Part shown: one piece after another, positions 10,805-20,941 of the stretch
Position numbering within the stretch: the first letter of the stretch is position 1
Layout of the letters: each line of letters begins with the position of its first letter
NCBI GenBank assembly: GCA_050330635.1
Contig: JBHJNQ010000057.1
Location: forward strand, 42,570-106,569
Length of the DNA: 64,000 bases
Direction of reading: 5' to 3'
Origin: Acidimicrobiales bacterium
GTDB taxonomy: Bacteria > Actinomycetota > Acidimicrobiia > Acidimicrobiales > SZUA-35
Position numbers and translations under genes: made by a program
The notes under the pieces: model-generated
The model's input: the letters and a program-made list of their open reading frames with translations, nothing else
The model's database searches: none
Told to the model about the DNA's origin: nothing

Positions 10805-11938
10805 TCAGGTGGGACGCAGGGCCTGACGATAGCAATCGACGAGATCCCGTCCCGCGTCCAACCAGGAGAATTGGGTGGCCCGCTCGATGCCGGCGGCCGA
10901 CAGCTGGCGCCGGAGGTCCGGTTCCTCCGTGACCCGGGCGATGGCGTCGGCCAACGCCACCGGGTGGCCGGTGGGCACGGTGATCCCGGCGGCCCCGACG
11001 ACCTCGGGCAGGGCCGCGGCGTCGGTGGTTATCACCGGGGTCCCCCGGGCCATCGCCTCCAGGATGGGATTGCCGAATCCCTCGTACTCGGAGGGGAACA
11101 CGAGGGCGACGGCCGACCGGTACAGGGCGTCGAGCTCCTCCTCCGACACCCGGCCGAGGTCGTGGACCCGGTCCTGGAGTCGTAGACGAGCGGCCAACTG
11201 GCGCAGGTTGGCGGTCTCGGGGCCGGGGCGGCCGGTCATCACCACCGACAGCTCGGGGCACCGGTCGCGCAACCGGTCGAGGGCGACGACGAGGTCGGCG
11301 TGGCGCTTGTGGGGATAGCTGATGGCGGGCAGCAGCACGAAGGGCCCGAAGCGGCGGGTCAACCGGTCGTGGGCGTCGGCATCGAGAACTCCGGGCTCGA
11401 TGGCCTCGTGACCGTGGCGGACGACCCGCAGCTTGTCGTTCGGTACCCGGAGCAGGAGACGGAGCCGTTCCGCCGTGAACTCGCTGGGGCACAGCACCAG
11501 ACGGGCGGCCCGCACCGAGCGGGGGAGCATCGTGGCCAGCCACCGCTGCTTGGTCTTCGAGAAGTACTGGGGCATCTCGAGGGGCTGGAGATCGTGGACG
11601 GTGACGATGGTGGGGGTCGAGCGGACCGCCGGGACCACACCGCCGGCGTGGTGGACGATGTCGTCGCCCCGGGTGGCGGCCGCCAACCAGGTGTGCTCCA
11701 GCCCGATGCGCGCCCCCTTGACCGCAGCCGGCCCGGGGGCCGAACGGCACTCGAATCGACTCGCGAGGTCGGGGTGGGCCTCGAACAGCTCCCGCTGGCC
11801 GTACAGCCGAATCCAGAGGTTGTCGTCACCGAGCCGGTCGACCGCCCGCAGCAACCGGAGGGTGTACTCCTCCGATCCTCCGACCACGCCGGGCACGAGC
11901 CAACAGAGGTTGACGCCGATGGTGCCCGAGATGCCCAT
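10805..11938 (-). CDS. GT4 glycosyltransferase
   Basis: FPSEYEGFGNPILEAMARGTPVITTD is the EX7E motif. The layout is full-length GT-B. Confidence 0.88.
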   Translation of the reverse strand: MGISGTIGVNLCWLVPGVVGGSEEYTLRLLRAVDRLGDDNLWIRLYGQRELFEAHPDLASRFECRSAPGPAAVKGARIGLEHTWLAAATRGDDIVHHAGGVVPAVRSTPTIVTVHDLQPLEMPQYFSKTKQRWLATMLPRSVRAARLVLCPSEFTAERLRLLLRVPNDKLRVVRHGHEAIEPGVLDADAHDRLTRRFGPFVLLPAISYPHKRHADLVVALDRLRDRCPELSVVMTGRPGPETANLRQLAARLRLQDRVHDLGRVSEEELDALYRSAVALVFPSEYEGFGNPILEAMARGTPVITTDAAALPEVVGAAGITVPTGHPVALADAIARVTEEPDLRRQLSAAGIERATQFSWLDAGRDLVDCYRQALRPT

Positions 11939-11943
11939 CGTTC

Positions 11944-13041
11944 TCAGGCCGCCACGTCGTCGAACAGGGCGGCGTAGCCGGCGGCGGTGGCCGCCCAGGT
12001 GGCGTTGGCGGCGTTGCGCAGGCCGCGGGCCACCAGCTCCGCCGTCAACGTCTCCTCGGTCAGGGCGGCGTGGATGGCGGCGGCGATCGACGCCGGGTCA
12101 CGGGGATCGACGAGGCGGGCTGCGCCGCCGGCCACCTCCTCGGTGGCCCCACCCCGGGACGTCACCACCGGTGTGCCGTGGGCCATGGCCTCGAGCACCG
12201 GTAGGCCGAAGCCCTCGTGCAGCGACGGTAGGACCACCACATCGGCGGCCCGGTAGAGCGCGCTCAGCTCGGCGTCGGTCACCCGCCCCAACCGGCGGGC
12301 CCGTCGACCGAGGGGGGCGACCACGGCGTCGCCGTCGAGCCCCCACCCCCCGGGACCGACCATCGCCAATGCGACATCGGGTATCTGCGTCATTGCTTCC
12401 ACCAGCCGGTCGACGTTCTTCCGGGGTTCGAGCGTACCGACCCACAACACGAACCGCGAGGGGAGATCGTGGCGACGGCGGGCGGCGGCGCCGTCGTCAG
12501 CTGGGGGACTGATCGGGGGACCGACACCCCACGGCACGACCCGCAGCCGATCACGCCCGATGCCCCTCGCCGCACAGGCGTCGGCCACCGCCTGCGACGG
12601 GCACGCCACCAGGGCCGCATCGGAGGCGACAACGGCCCAGGCCCGGGGAAAGAAGGTCCGCCCCCGGGCGCTGAGCCGTTCGGGGTGATCGAGGAAGTCC
12701 AGGTCGTGGACGGTGGCGACCACCGGGGCCCGGGTGGGGGGCACGATCATCGAGGCGGCCCAGACGACGTCGACCGGGCCGGTGATGCGCTCGATCGGGG
12801 GCCACGACAGTCGCAACCACGACTCGTAGAGGAGCGGCCGGGGCAGGGGCACGTACGTCACGGGGCCGCCGTGGGTCACCGCGGGCTCACGGTTGCGGCG
12901 CCCGTGCCAGGCGGCGACGGCCCGCACCGTGAGGTCGGGGCGGCGGCCGAGCTCGGCCACCGTGGAAGCGGTGGCCCGGGCCGTCCCCCCGGGGACCCGG
13001 TGCCAGTACTGCTCGACGGGGACGGCGACGGTCAGGGGCAC
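11944..13041 (-). CDS. GT4 glycosyltransferase
   Basis: LPSLHEGFGLPVLEAMAHGTPVVTS. Probable GTG start at 13041 (VPLTVAVPVEQYW). The upstream part of listed ORF ..13221 is R/P-rich and overlaps the end of the uxs-like gene. Confidence 0.82.
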   Translation of the reverse strand: MPLTVAVPVEQYWHRVPGGTARATASTVAELGRRPDLTVRAVAAWHGRRNREPAVTHGGPVTYVPLPRPLLYESWLRLSWPPIERITGPVDVVWAASMIVPPTRAPVVATVHDLDFLDHPERLSARGRTFFPRAWAVVASDAALVACPSQAVADACAARGIGRDRLRVVPWGVGPPISPPADDGAAARRRHDLPSRFVLWVGTLEPRKNVDRLVEAMTQIPDVALAMVGPGGWGLDGDAVVAPLGRRARRLGRVTDAELSALYRAADVVVLPSLHEGFGLPVLEAMAHGTPVVTSRGGATEEVAGGAARLVDPRDPASIAAAIHAALTEETLTAELVARGLRNAANATWAATAAGYAALFDDVAA

Positions 13042-13136
13042 CGCTCGATTGTGGCAGGGTCGGGGCCGCGACCGACGCCCGATCGGCGGTTCGAGACATG
13101 CGGCAGAATTGGGGTCCTGGCAATCGCCCGGTCGAC

Positions 13137-14084
13137 TCAGGCGTTCGAGCCGGAACGGAGCCCGGCGAAGTACTCGACGGTGAGGGCCACACCGTCCTCC
13201 AGGGTGATCTTGGGCTCCCAACCGAGCTTCGTCCTGGCCTCGGTCAGGTCGGGCCGACGGCGGGTCGGATCGTCGGTCGGCAGGGGGGCGAACACGATCT
13301 CGCTCGAGCTGCCGGTGACCGTCCGGACCACCTCGGCCAGCTCCAGCATGGTGAACTCGACGTCGTTGCCGATGTTCACCGGACCGGTGTGGTCGCCGTC
13401 GAGCAGGGCCAGATGGCCCCGGATCTGGTCATCGACGTAGCAGAAGCTGCGCGACTGGCTCCCGTCGCCGTAGACGGTGATCGGCTCGCCGGCGAGGGCC
13501 TGGTTGACGAAGTTGGACACCACCCGGCCGTCCTCGGGCCGCATCCGCGGACCGTAGGTGTTGAAGATCCGCACGATGCGGACGTCGATCCGGTGATGGC
13601 GGTGGTACGCCATCGTCATGGCCTCGGCGTACCGCTTGGCCTCGTCGTAGACGCCTCGGAGACCGATCGGGTTGACATTGCCCCAGTAGGTCTCGGGCTG
13701 GGGGTGCACCGCAGGGTCGCCGTAGACCTCACTGGTGGAGGCGAGGAAGAACCGGGCCCCCTTCTCCCGGGCCAGGCCGAGGCAGTTGTGGGTGCCGAGC
13801 CCCCCGACCTTGAGGATCTGGATGGGGATGCGGTCGAAGTCGACCGGCGAGGCGGGCGAGGCCAGGTGCATGACGGTGTCGACCGGCCCCGGGACCCACA
13901 CATGGTTCGATACGTCGTGACGCACGAAGCTGAACCCGTCGTGGCCGAAGAGGTGCTCGATGTTCTCGGTCCGACCGGTGCAGAGGTTGTCGATGCAGAC
14001 CACCTCGTCGCCCCGATCGAGCAGAGCGTCGGTGAGATGGGAACCGAGGAATCCGGCACCGCCGGTGACCACGACACGGGCCAC
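13137..14084 (-). CDS. UDP-glucuronate decarboxylase (UDP-xylose synthase)
   Basis: GTG start at 14084 ([17 protein letters not shown]). Motifs are [68 protein letters not shown] and DDPTRRRPD. This is the characteristic UXS pattern. Confidence 0.88.
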   Translation of the reverse strand: MARVVVTGGAGFLGSHLTDALLDRGDEVVCIDNLCTGRTENIEHLFGHDGFSFVRHDVSNHVWVPGPVDTVMHLASPASPVDFDRIPIQILKVGGLGTHNCLGLAREKGARFFLASTSEVYGDPAVHPQPETYWGNVNPIGLRGVYDEAKRYAEAMTMAYHRHHRIDVRIVRIFNTYGPRMRPEDGRVVSNFVNQALAGEPITVYGDGSQSRSFCYVDDQIRGHLALLDGDHTGPVNIGNDVEFTMLELAEVVRTVTGSSSEIVFAPLPTDDPTRRRPDLTEARTKLGWEPKITLEDGVALTVEYFAGLRSGSNA

Positions 14085-14092
14085 GGTGCGGC

Positions 14093-15388
14093 CTAGCGGC
14101 CGACGCCGCGGTAGTCGAAGCCGCGACGCCGGGGGATGGACGGTTCGAGCAGGTTGCGGGCGTCGACGAGACGTCGGGCCGCCATGATCTCGGCCATCTT
14201 GTCGAAGTCGAGGTTGGTGAACTCGTCCCATTCGGTGAGGATCGTCAGCACCGACGCACCCTCGGCTGCGGCGTAGGGGTCGGACACGATCTCGATGTCG
14301 AGGTCGGGGTAGAACTCGGCGACGTGGTTGTCGCCGGGCACCACGGCCGGGTCGTAGGCCCGGACCCGGATGCCGGCGGCGCGCACCCGTCGCAGGACCT
14401 CGATGGCCGGAGATTCGCGCAGGTCGTCGGTGCCGGCCTTGAAGGTGAGCCCGAGGGCGGCGACATGGGCGCCGGTGAGGGAGGGGTCGACGGCGTCGAG
14501 CACCTTCTGGGCCGTACGGTCGAACTGGTCCTCGTTGATCCGTAGCACCTCGTCGAGGAAGCGGAAGTCGTAGCCGGCCTCGCGGGCGATGCTGGCCAGG
14601 GCCCGGGTGTCCTTGGGGAAACAGCTACCGCCCCAGCCCGGACCGGGGCGGAGGAACTCCCGCCCGATGCGGGAGTCGTAGCCCATGCCGAGCACGACGT
14701 CGTTGACGTCCGCCCCGACCGCCTCGCACAGCGTGGCGATGGCGTTCACGAACGACAGCTTCGACGCCAGGAAGGCGTTGGAGGCGTACTTGATCGTCTC
14801 GGCCGATACCGGATCGGTAACCATGATGGGAGCGGCGATGCGGGCGTAGAGCGAGGCCACCCGGATGGCGGCCTCGGTGTCTCGCGAACCGATGACGACC
14901 CGATCGGGCTGGAGGAAGTCGCTCACCGCCGTGCCCTCCCTCAAGAACTCGGGGTTCGACACGACGGCCACATCGGATCGGCCGAGCACCTGGGACACGA
15001 ACTGGGTCGAGCCGACGGGCACGGTCGACTTGTTGACGACCACACTGTTCTCGGGCAGGACGGAGCGGATCTGGGCCGCTGCCGCCTCGAGATAGCTGAG
15101 GTCGGCGGCACCGTCCGGGCCTTGGGGCGTGGGGACGCACAGGTAGTGGAACTCGCAGGAGCGGGACGCCTCGGCGGCGCCGAGCACGAAGCGAAGGTTT
15201 CCCGACCTGATGCCCTCGTCGACGAGCCGATCGAGGCCCTTCTCGACGATGGGGATCTCACCGCTGTTGAGGCGGGCGACCTTGATCTCGTCGATGTCGG
15301 CACAGATGACATCGTGCCCGAGGTGGGCGAAGCACGCCCCGGTGGTCAGCCCGACGTAGCCGGATCCGATGATTGCGATGGACGCCAC
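14093..15388 (-). CDS. ugd: UDP-glucose 6-dehydrogenase
   Basis: Motifs are [35 protein letters not shown] and [13 protein letters not shown] start at 15388 with GGAGGA upstream. Confidence 0.93.
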   Translation of the reverse strand: MASIAIIGSGYVGLTTGACFAHLGHDVICADIDEIKVARLNSGEIPIVEKGLDRLVDEGIRSGNLRFVLGAAEASRSCEFHYLCVPTPQGPDGAADLSYLEAAAAQIRSVLPENSVVVNKSTVPVGSTQFVSQVLGRSDVAVVSNPEFLREGTAVSDFLQPDRVVIGSRDTEAAIRVASLYARIAAPIMVTDPVSAETIKYASNAFLASKLSFVNAIATLCEAVGADVNDVVLGMGYDSRIGREFLRPGPGWGGSCFPKDTRALASIAREAGYDFRFLDEVLRINEDQFDRTAQKVLDAVDPSLTGAHVAALGLTFKAGTDDLRESPAIEVLRRVRAAGIRVRAYDPAVVPGDNHVAEFYPDLDIEIVSDPYAAAEGASVLTILTEWDEFTNLDFDKMAEIMAARRLVDARNLLEPSIPRRRGFDYRGVGR

Positions 15389-15505
15389 ACGTCCTCCTCT
15401 GGGAAGCGTATTGCTCTGTTGTGCCCCGGCTGACGTGTTGAACTAGCCGAGCCGAGGCTAATGGGACCTGTCTCCGATCAACACAGGGAATATTGCTGAT
15501 TGATG

Positions 15506-17056
15506 TCAGTCGCACAGTTTCCCCTGCTCAGCCGGGTTGCGTGTTGTTGCTGCACCATCGATCTCACCCACGCTGGGGCCGAGGGGCCCACTGTCGGCAG
15601 CCGCATCGGCACCGAGTGCTCCCGCCGCCACGGCAGCGGCGTCCTCGTCGACCAGGGTCGGCCCGACCATCTTCGCCCGCCCGTTCCCGAGCCCACCCGC
15701 TCCGACAGCGAGGACCACGCCGCGGCCCCCGAGGTGCGCCACCTCCTCGAAGCCGATCGGGCGGTCACCGGTCTCGGATCGGACGGCGACCGCCAGGACC
15801 TCGGCCGCCCGGCGACCCCCGGGCCCGTGGCGGACGACGAGGCCGGGGCCCGTCTCGGCCTGGTCGACGTCGCCGAGCACAAAATCGTGGTCGGCGAGGG
15901 CCTCGACAAGGTCGTCGACCGACCCGGGGACCCTCGCCGGTCCGGCTGGGCTGTCGTCGATGTCGGGGTCGTAGACGATCTCGACGCCGACGGTGGCGGG
16001 ATCGTCGGCCCCGGACCCTGCGAACAGGGCGAGGAGGGGCTCGGCCTCGTCGTCGAGCGGGACCAGGACGCGGTTGGACCCGATGGTGGCGTCGGCGGTG
16101 GGGAACGTGTAGCTCTGGAGATCACCGGGCTCGAAGTTGCGGAAGGTCGAGCTCATGTCGATCAGCACTGACGGCGTGAGCTCGGAGTCGATGGCCACGT
16201 TCTGAACCGCGGTGTCGATCAGGTCGGCCAGCACGAGCGGGTTCCTCGCCCCCTGGTCGATGGCTTCCTGCAGGAGCCGCCTGAGAAAGTCCTGTTGGCG
16301 GGCGATCCGACCCAGGTCGCTGCGGGGGTCGGTCACCCACGTCCCGTCGGTGTCCTGGGTCTGGTAGAAGCGGGACCGAACGTAGGCCAACGCCTGCTCC
16401 GGGTCGAGGGCGTGGCAGCCGGCCCCGGTGACGACGAACCCCGTCTGGCTCCGGGGTTGGGGCTGGGCGTTGACGTTCCAGTCCCGGGCCGGGGTCTCGA
16501 AGTACACGTCGACCGAGCCGACGGCCGAGACCAGGCCCTGGAAACCGGCGAAGTCCACGTTGACGTAGTGGTGGATGGGAATGTCGAAGTTCTCCTCGAT
16601 CGTGTCGATCAGCGTGGCTGGTCCGCCGACGACGAACGACCGGTTGATACGATCGGACCGCCCGGTTCCGGCGATCGGCACCCACAGATCGCGAGGGAAC
16701 GAGAGCAGCGACACGGTGCCGTCGCGCTCGTCGAGGTGGGCGACGATGATCACGTCGCCCAGCCGCTCACCCTGCCGGCCGATCTGGATGGGATCGTCGG
16801 GGTCGAGGTTGGCGGAGGAGTCGGAGCCGACGAGGAGCACGTTGACGACCCGGGGTCCCTCCCCGTCGGACGACAGCTCGGTGAGCGAGCGGTCGAGTGC
16901 GACCCGGTTGATCGAGGCCGCCCGGTTCGAGGCGTAGCCGAGCAGTGCGGCGATCGACAGTGTGGCCGCGATCAGCAGCACGTTGAGGGCCAGGAGCAGG
17001 CGTTGGCCCCAGGTACGGCGAAGGACGATGGCCGAAGTCTCGATGAACGGATTCAT
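15506..17056 (-). CDS. LytR-CpsA-Psr (LCP) family glycopolymer ligase with a C-terminal LytR_C-like region
   Basis: N-terminal TM segment (LLLALNVLLIAATLSIAALL). Motifs are VLLVGSDS, DVIIVAHL, FPRDLWVPI, VNVDFAGF and RIARQQDF. Confidence 0.85.
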   Translation of the reverse strand: MNPFIETSAIVLRRTWGQRLLLALNVLLIAATLSIAALLGYASNRAASINRVALDRSLTELSSDGEGPRVVNVLLVGSDSSANLDPDDPIQIGRQGERLGDVIIVAHLDERDGTVSLLSFPRDLWVPIAGTGRSDRINRSFVVGGPATLIDTIEENFDIPIHHYVNVDFAGFQGLVSAVGSVDVYFETPARDWNVNAQPQPRSQTGFVVTGAGCHALDPEQALAYVRSRFYQTQDTDGTWVTDPRSDLGRIARQQDFLRRLLQEAIDQGARNPLVLADLIDTAVQNVAIDSELTPSVLIDMSSTFRNFEPGDLQSYTFPTADATIGSNRVLVPLDDEAEPLLALFAGSGADDPATVGVEIVYDPDIDDSPAGPARVPGSVDDLVEALADHDFVLGDVDQAETGPGLVVRHGPGGRRAAEVLAVAVRSETGDRPIGFEEVAHLGGRGVVLAVGAGGLGNGRAKMVGPTLVDEDAAAVAAGALGADAAADSGPLGPSVGEIDGAATTRNPAEQGKLCD

Positions 17057-17730
17057 CGACGGTCGTCGCCGGGATCGGAGGGATGAACGATGTCGGGATC
17101 GGGCTGCACGGCGAGCAGCGTCCCGTCCCGGAGGGTGATCGTTGCCTCGGTACCGACGAGCAGGTTGCTCACGCCCCGACCCGAACGGGCCTCGAGGGTC
17201 TCGTCGGCGAGGGGATAGACCAGTCCGTCGGTGGTGACGCCATGGGCGTCGCCGCCGACGGGGAGGAGCGATACGAGCGACCCCGGGCTGCCGCTCAGGC
17301 GACGGTGGTCATGGACGACGGCGATGCGGGCCCCCTCGACCAGCACGTCGACGGGGACGGAGGCATAGGCCGGCGAGGCGACGACGGCCATGTTGGCCAG
17401 GACATGGTCGAAGCGGTCACCGTCGACGGCGGCGACCACGATCCGGTCGGGCCCGGTGTCGACGGCCCGGGCCAGGGCGAGCTCGAGATCGGTGTGGTTC
17501 TTGGCCGCAGGGTGCCGCTCGATGACGGCGCCGTTGTCGCGGGCCCAGGCCAACGACGAGGCCGACACGGAGTCGAGATCGCCGACGACGAGGTCGGGAA
17601 CGATGCCCAGGCGACGGGCGTGGTCGGTGCCGTGGTCGGCGGTTATGCACATGGCGGCGGGTGGTAGTGCTCGAAGGACGTCCGGGCTCGGCTCGTTGCC
17701 TCCGGCCAGGATCAGCACGGTTCCGGACAT
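17053..17730 (-). CDS. Thiamine pyrophosphokinase
   Basis: Motifs are VGDLDS, KNHTDLELAL and VDGDRFDHVLAN. The stop overlaps the LCP start (ATGA at 17053-17056). Confidence 0.8.
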   Translation of the reverse strand: MSGTVLILAGGNEPSPDVLRALPPAAMCITADHGTDHARRLGIVPDLVVGDLDSVSASSLAWARDNGAVIERHPAAKNHTDLELALARAVDTGPDRIVVAAVDGDRFDHVLANMAVVASPAYASVPVDVLVEGARIAVVHDHRRLSGSPGSLVSLLPVGGDAHGVTTDGLVYPLADETLEARSGRGVSNLLVGTEATITLRDGTLLAVQPDPDIVHPSDPGDDRR

Positions 17731-17860
17731 TCCGGTGCAGCGTAGGCGACGCCGGGGCCCGGATCGTGCACGGGCCGCACCGTTGCCCAGCTCGGAGGCG
17801 ACCGGGGCGACCGGCTACCGTCGGGTCGACGCCACCCGACCGACGCCCCGGTGAGGATCC

Positions 17861-19015
17861 ATGCTGAAGCGAAACCTGTTCGAGGCCGACCACGACCTGT
17901 TCCGGGACTCGGTGCGGGCGTTCATGGAGTCGGAGATCGTGCCCCGGGCCGACGAGTGGGAGCAGGCCGGCATCGTCGACAAGGCGATGTTCCGCAAGGC
18001 CGGCTCCAACGGCTTCCTGGGGATGGAGATCCCCACCGACTACGGCGGGGGCGGCGTCGACGACTTCCGCTTCAACGTCGTGATCGACGAGGAGATCATG
18101 CGGGCCGGGGTGATGGCATCGGGCATGTGCATCACGCTCCACAACGACATCTGCCTCCCCTACTTCACCAACCTGACCAACGAGGAGCAGAAGGCCCGGT
18201 GGCTGCCGGGCATCGCCTCGGGCGAGCTGATGACGGCCATAGCCATGACGGAACCGACGACGGGCTCGGATCTGGCCGGCATCCGCACCACGGCCATCCG
18301 CGACGGTGACGACTACGTGGTCAACGGCTCGAAGACGTTCATCACCAACGGGATCAACGCCGACCTCGTCGTGGTGGTGGCGAAGACCGATCCAGCCCAG
18401 GCGCACCGCGGCATGAGCCTCCTCGTGGTCGAGAGCGGCATGGACGGCTTCACCCGGGGCCGCAATCTCGACAAGGTGGGCATGCACGCCCAGGACACCG
18501 CCGAGCTGTTCTTCGCCGACGTGCGGGTCCCGGCCGCCTACCTGCTGGGAGCCGAGGAGGGTCAGGGCTTCTTCCAGCTCGTCCAGAACCTGCCCCGGGA
18601 GCGGCTGTCACTGGCCGTGGGGGCCGTGGCCCACGCCCAGACCGCCTTCGGCTGGACGCTCGAGTACTGCCGCGATCGCAGCGCCTTCGGCCAGCCGATC
18701 GGCTCGTTCCAGCACTCCAAGTTCACCCTGGCCGAGATCAAGACCGAGCTCGACATCGCCCAGGTCTTCATCGACCGCCAGGTCGAGGCCTACCTGGCCG
18801 GCGAGCTGACCGCCGACGACGCAGCGGAGGCCAAGTGGTGGTGCAGCGACCTCGAGACCCGGGTCATGGACCGCTGCCTCCAGCTCCACGGTGGCTACGG
18901 CTACATGGAGGAGTACCCGATCGCCCGGGCCTGGCGCGATGCCCGGGTCCAGCCGATCTACGGCGGTACCAACGAGATCATGAAGGAGATCGTGGGCCGC
19001 AGCCTGGGGTTCTAG
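17861..19015 (+). CDS. Acyl-CoA dehydrogenase
   Basis: Motifs are MTEPTTGSDLAG, FITNG and YGGTNEIMKEIVGRSLGF. The length is full. Confidence 0.92.
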   Translation: MLKRNLFEADHDLFRDSVRAFMESEIVPRADEWEQAGIVDKAMFRKAGSNGFLGMEIPTDYGGGGVDDFRFNVVIDEEIMRAGVMASGMCITLHNDICLPYFTNLTNEEQKARWLPGIASGELMTAIAMTEPTTGSDLAGIRTTAIRDGDDYVVNGSKTFITNGINADLVVVVAKTDPAQAHRGMSLLVVESGMDGFTRGRNLDKVGMHAQDTAELFFADVRVPAAYLLGAEEGQGFFQLVQNLPRERLSLAVGAVAHAQTAFGWTLEYCRDRSAFGQPIGSFQHSKFTLAEIKTELDIAQVFIDRQVEAYLAGELTADDAAEAKWWCSDLETRVMDRCLQLHGGYGYMEEYPIARAWRDARVQPIYGGTNEIMKEIVGRSLGF

Positions 19016-19073
19016 ACGTCGTTCGTCATCGCCTCGGCCGGGCGGGCGTCGCCCGGTGTGGGACACTTGCCGA

Positions 19074-19181
19074 GGTGGAGACTACGTCGATCCGGTCGAC
19101 AAACCGTGGGGTGAGACCGTGGCCTATGTGATCGACCCCAACGGCGCCCTCCTCGAGCTTGCCACTCCGGTGCCGACGTGA
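19074..19181 (+). pseudogene. Relic of the C-terminus of a VOC/glyoxalase-family gene
   Basis: My translation reads ..GGDYVDPVDKPWGETVAYVIDPNGALLELATPVPT*. This is the typical last beta-strands of glyoxalase/bleomycin-resistance proteins. There is no start codon and no room for the first ~90 aa, because the ACAD gene ends at 19015. Confidence 0.55.
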
Positions 19182-19229
19182 CGACCCGACCGATCGACGG
19201 CATCGATCGCCGTTGCAGCCACCGGACGG

Positions 19230-19517
19230 TCACTCGCCGGCGAGGTCGGAGAGCCGTGATGCCAGCTCGAAGTCCAGTTCGCTGATGCCACCGGCGTCGT
19301 GGGTCGTGAGGCGCACCGTGACCCGGTTGTAGACGTTCGACCACTCGGGATGGTGGTTCATTTTCTCGGCCACGATGGCAGCCGAGGCCATGAACCCGAA
19401 CGCTTGGACGAAATCGGAGAACTCGAACGTGCGGGCGAGGGCGCCGTCGTCGACGGCCCACCCCGGAACCTGCCCGAGCCGCTCCTGCTGCTCGCTGTCG
19501 GAGAGTGCGGAGACCAT
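19230..19517 (-). CDS. Pterin-4-alpha-carbinolamine dehydratase
   Basis: Internal ATG at 19517 (MVSALSDSEQ). Motifs are GWAVDDGALARTFEF, EKMNHHPEWSNVYNRVTVRLTTHDAGG. Length 95 aa. Confidence 0.85.
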   Translation of the reverse strand: MVSALSDSEQQERLGQVPGWAVDDGALARTFEFSDFVQAFGFMASAAIVAEKMNHHPEWSNVYNRVTVRLTTHDAGGISELDFELASRLSDLAGE

Positions 19518-19611
19518 GCCGTCGAGACTACGCAACCCGGCGTCCCGGCTCGGCACCGGGCGCCCGACATCTGCCGGGCGATACCGGCGACGGGGCAGGT
19601 ACCGTTCGTCG

Positions 19612-20802
19612 ATGCCCGACGCGTCAACCCCCCGCTCGCCCCGGCCCGAAGGCCCGAGGATCGAAACCCTCGTCGTCACCGCCGGACGGGCCCCGGGCCC
19701 GGGCCAGCCCCTCAACGTGCCGCTTATGCCGGCCTCTACCTTCACCGCTGGAGGCGAACACGGGTACGCCCGCGATGACGGCACGCCCACGTGGCAGGCC
19801 CTCGAGACGGCTGTCGGCGCCCTCGAAGGGGCGGAGGCGGTGGCCTTCGCCTCCGGCATGGCGGCCATCGCCGCGGTGTTCGACCTGCTCCCGGCGGGGG
19901 CCCGGATCGCCTGGCCCGACGACTGTTACCAGGGGGTGGCGGGGCTCGTGGCGGCCGGCGAGGCGGCCGGGCGCTGGACCGGCGTCCGGGTCGCCCCCAC
20001 CGACACGCACACCTGGTGCCAGCTCGTGGGGTCGGTCGATCTCGTGTGGCTGGAGTCGCCGTCGAATCCGCTGCTGGCGGTGGCCGACATCGACATCATC
20101 GCCGCTGCCCCCCGCCCCTCCACGACGCTCGTCGCCGTCGACAACACCCTGGCCGGCTCCCTGGGCCAGCGGCCCCTCGACCTCGGCGCCGACCTCGCCG
20201 TCCAGTCGGCGACCAAGCAGCTCGGCGGCCACTCCGACCTCCTGGCCGGCGTCGTCACCAGCCGCCGACCCGACCTGGTGGCCGGGATCCGGCGCCATCG
20301 GGCACTGCACGGCGCCGTCCCCGGTGCACTCGAGGCCTACCTCGCCACCCGGGGGCTGCGGACGCTGGCCCTCCGGCACACGGCGAGCGAGCGGTCGGCC
20401 TCGGTCCTGGCCGAGCGGTTGGCGGCCCACCCTGCGGTCGAGCTCGTCCGCTATCCCGGCCTGGTCTCGCACCCGACGGCCGCCGCGGCGTCACGGTTGC
20501 TGCGTGGTCCCGGCGCCGTCATCTCGTTCGACGTGGCCGGCGGGGCCGACGCCGCCGACCGGGTGTGCGGCCGGCTGACCACGGTCCGGGCCGCCACCAG
20601 CTTCGGGGCCGTCGAGTCCACGATCGAGCGCCGAGCCGCCCTCGCCGGCCAGGAACACCTCCCCCCCGGACTCCTGCGGCTGAGCGTCGGGATCGAACAC
20701 GTCGACGACCTGTGGGCCGACCTCGACCGGGCGCTGGCGGCCGACGACATCGTGACAGGCGACCCCCCGTCCGCCGACGAGAGCGGCACCCCCGACAGCT
20801 AG
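19612..20802 (+). CDS. PLP-dependent Cys/Met-metabolism enzyme (cystathionine gamma-synthase / beta-lyase family)
   Basis: SATKQLGGHSD carries the PLP lysine. Other motifs are ESPSNPLL and VDNT. The start is uncertain (ATG 19612 chosen) because the upstream ORF part overlaps the PCD gene. Confidence 0.8.
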   Translation: MPDASTPRSPRPEGPRIETLVVTAGRAPGPGQPLNVPLMPASTFTAGGEHGYARDDGTPTWQALETAVGALEGAEAVAFASGMAAIAAVFDLLPAGARIAWPDDCYQGVAGLVAAGEAAGRWTGVRVAPTDTHTWCQLVGSVDLVWLESPSNPLLAVADIDIIAAAPRPSTTLVAVDNTLAGSLGQRPLDLGADLAVQSATKQLGGHSDLLAGVVTSRRPDLVAGIRRHRALHGAVPGALEAYLATRGLRTLALRHTASERSASVLAERLAAHPAVELVRYPGLVSHPTAAAASRLLRGPGAVISFDVAGGADAADRVCGRLTTVRAATSFGAVESTIERRAALAGQEHLPPGLLRLSVGIEHVDDLWADLDRALAADDIVTGDPPSADESGTPDS

Positions 20803-20941
20803 GCTGTGGCTCGGGAGCGCACGAAGCAGTACGGGGCCGGCGGCGTCAGCGTCTCTGGCGGAAGCGACGGGAGACATCACGACACCACCTCCGTCCCTGG
20901 CCAGCGACGATTGGCTGGAACACGTTGCCGGCCCAACCGAG

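Noticed and set aside
9540-11750. 736-aa version of the first GT4 gene
   Set aside because: The N-terminal 320 aa are R/P-rich and overlap the well-supported GT4 gene 10805..11938 in a different frame. The GT-B fold begins at MRLLVLCPHF (ATG 10787).
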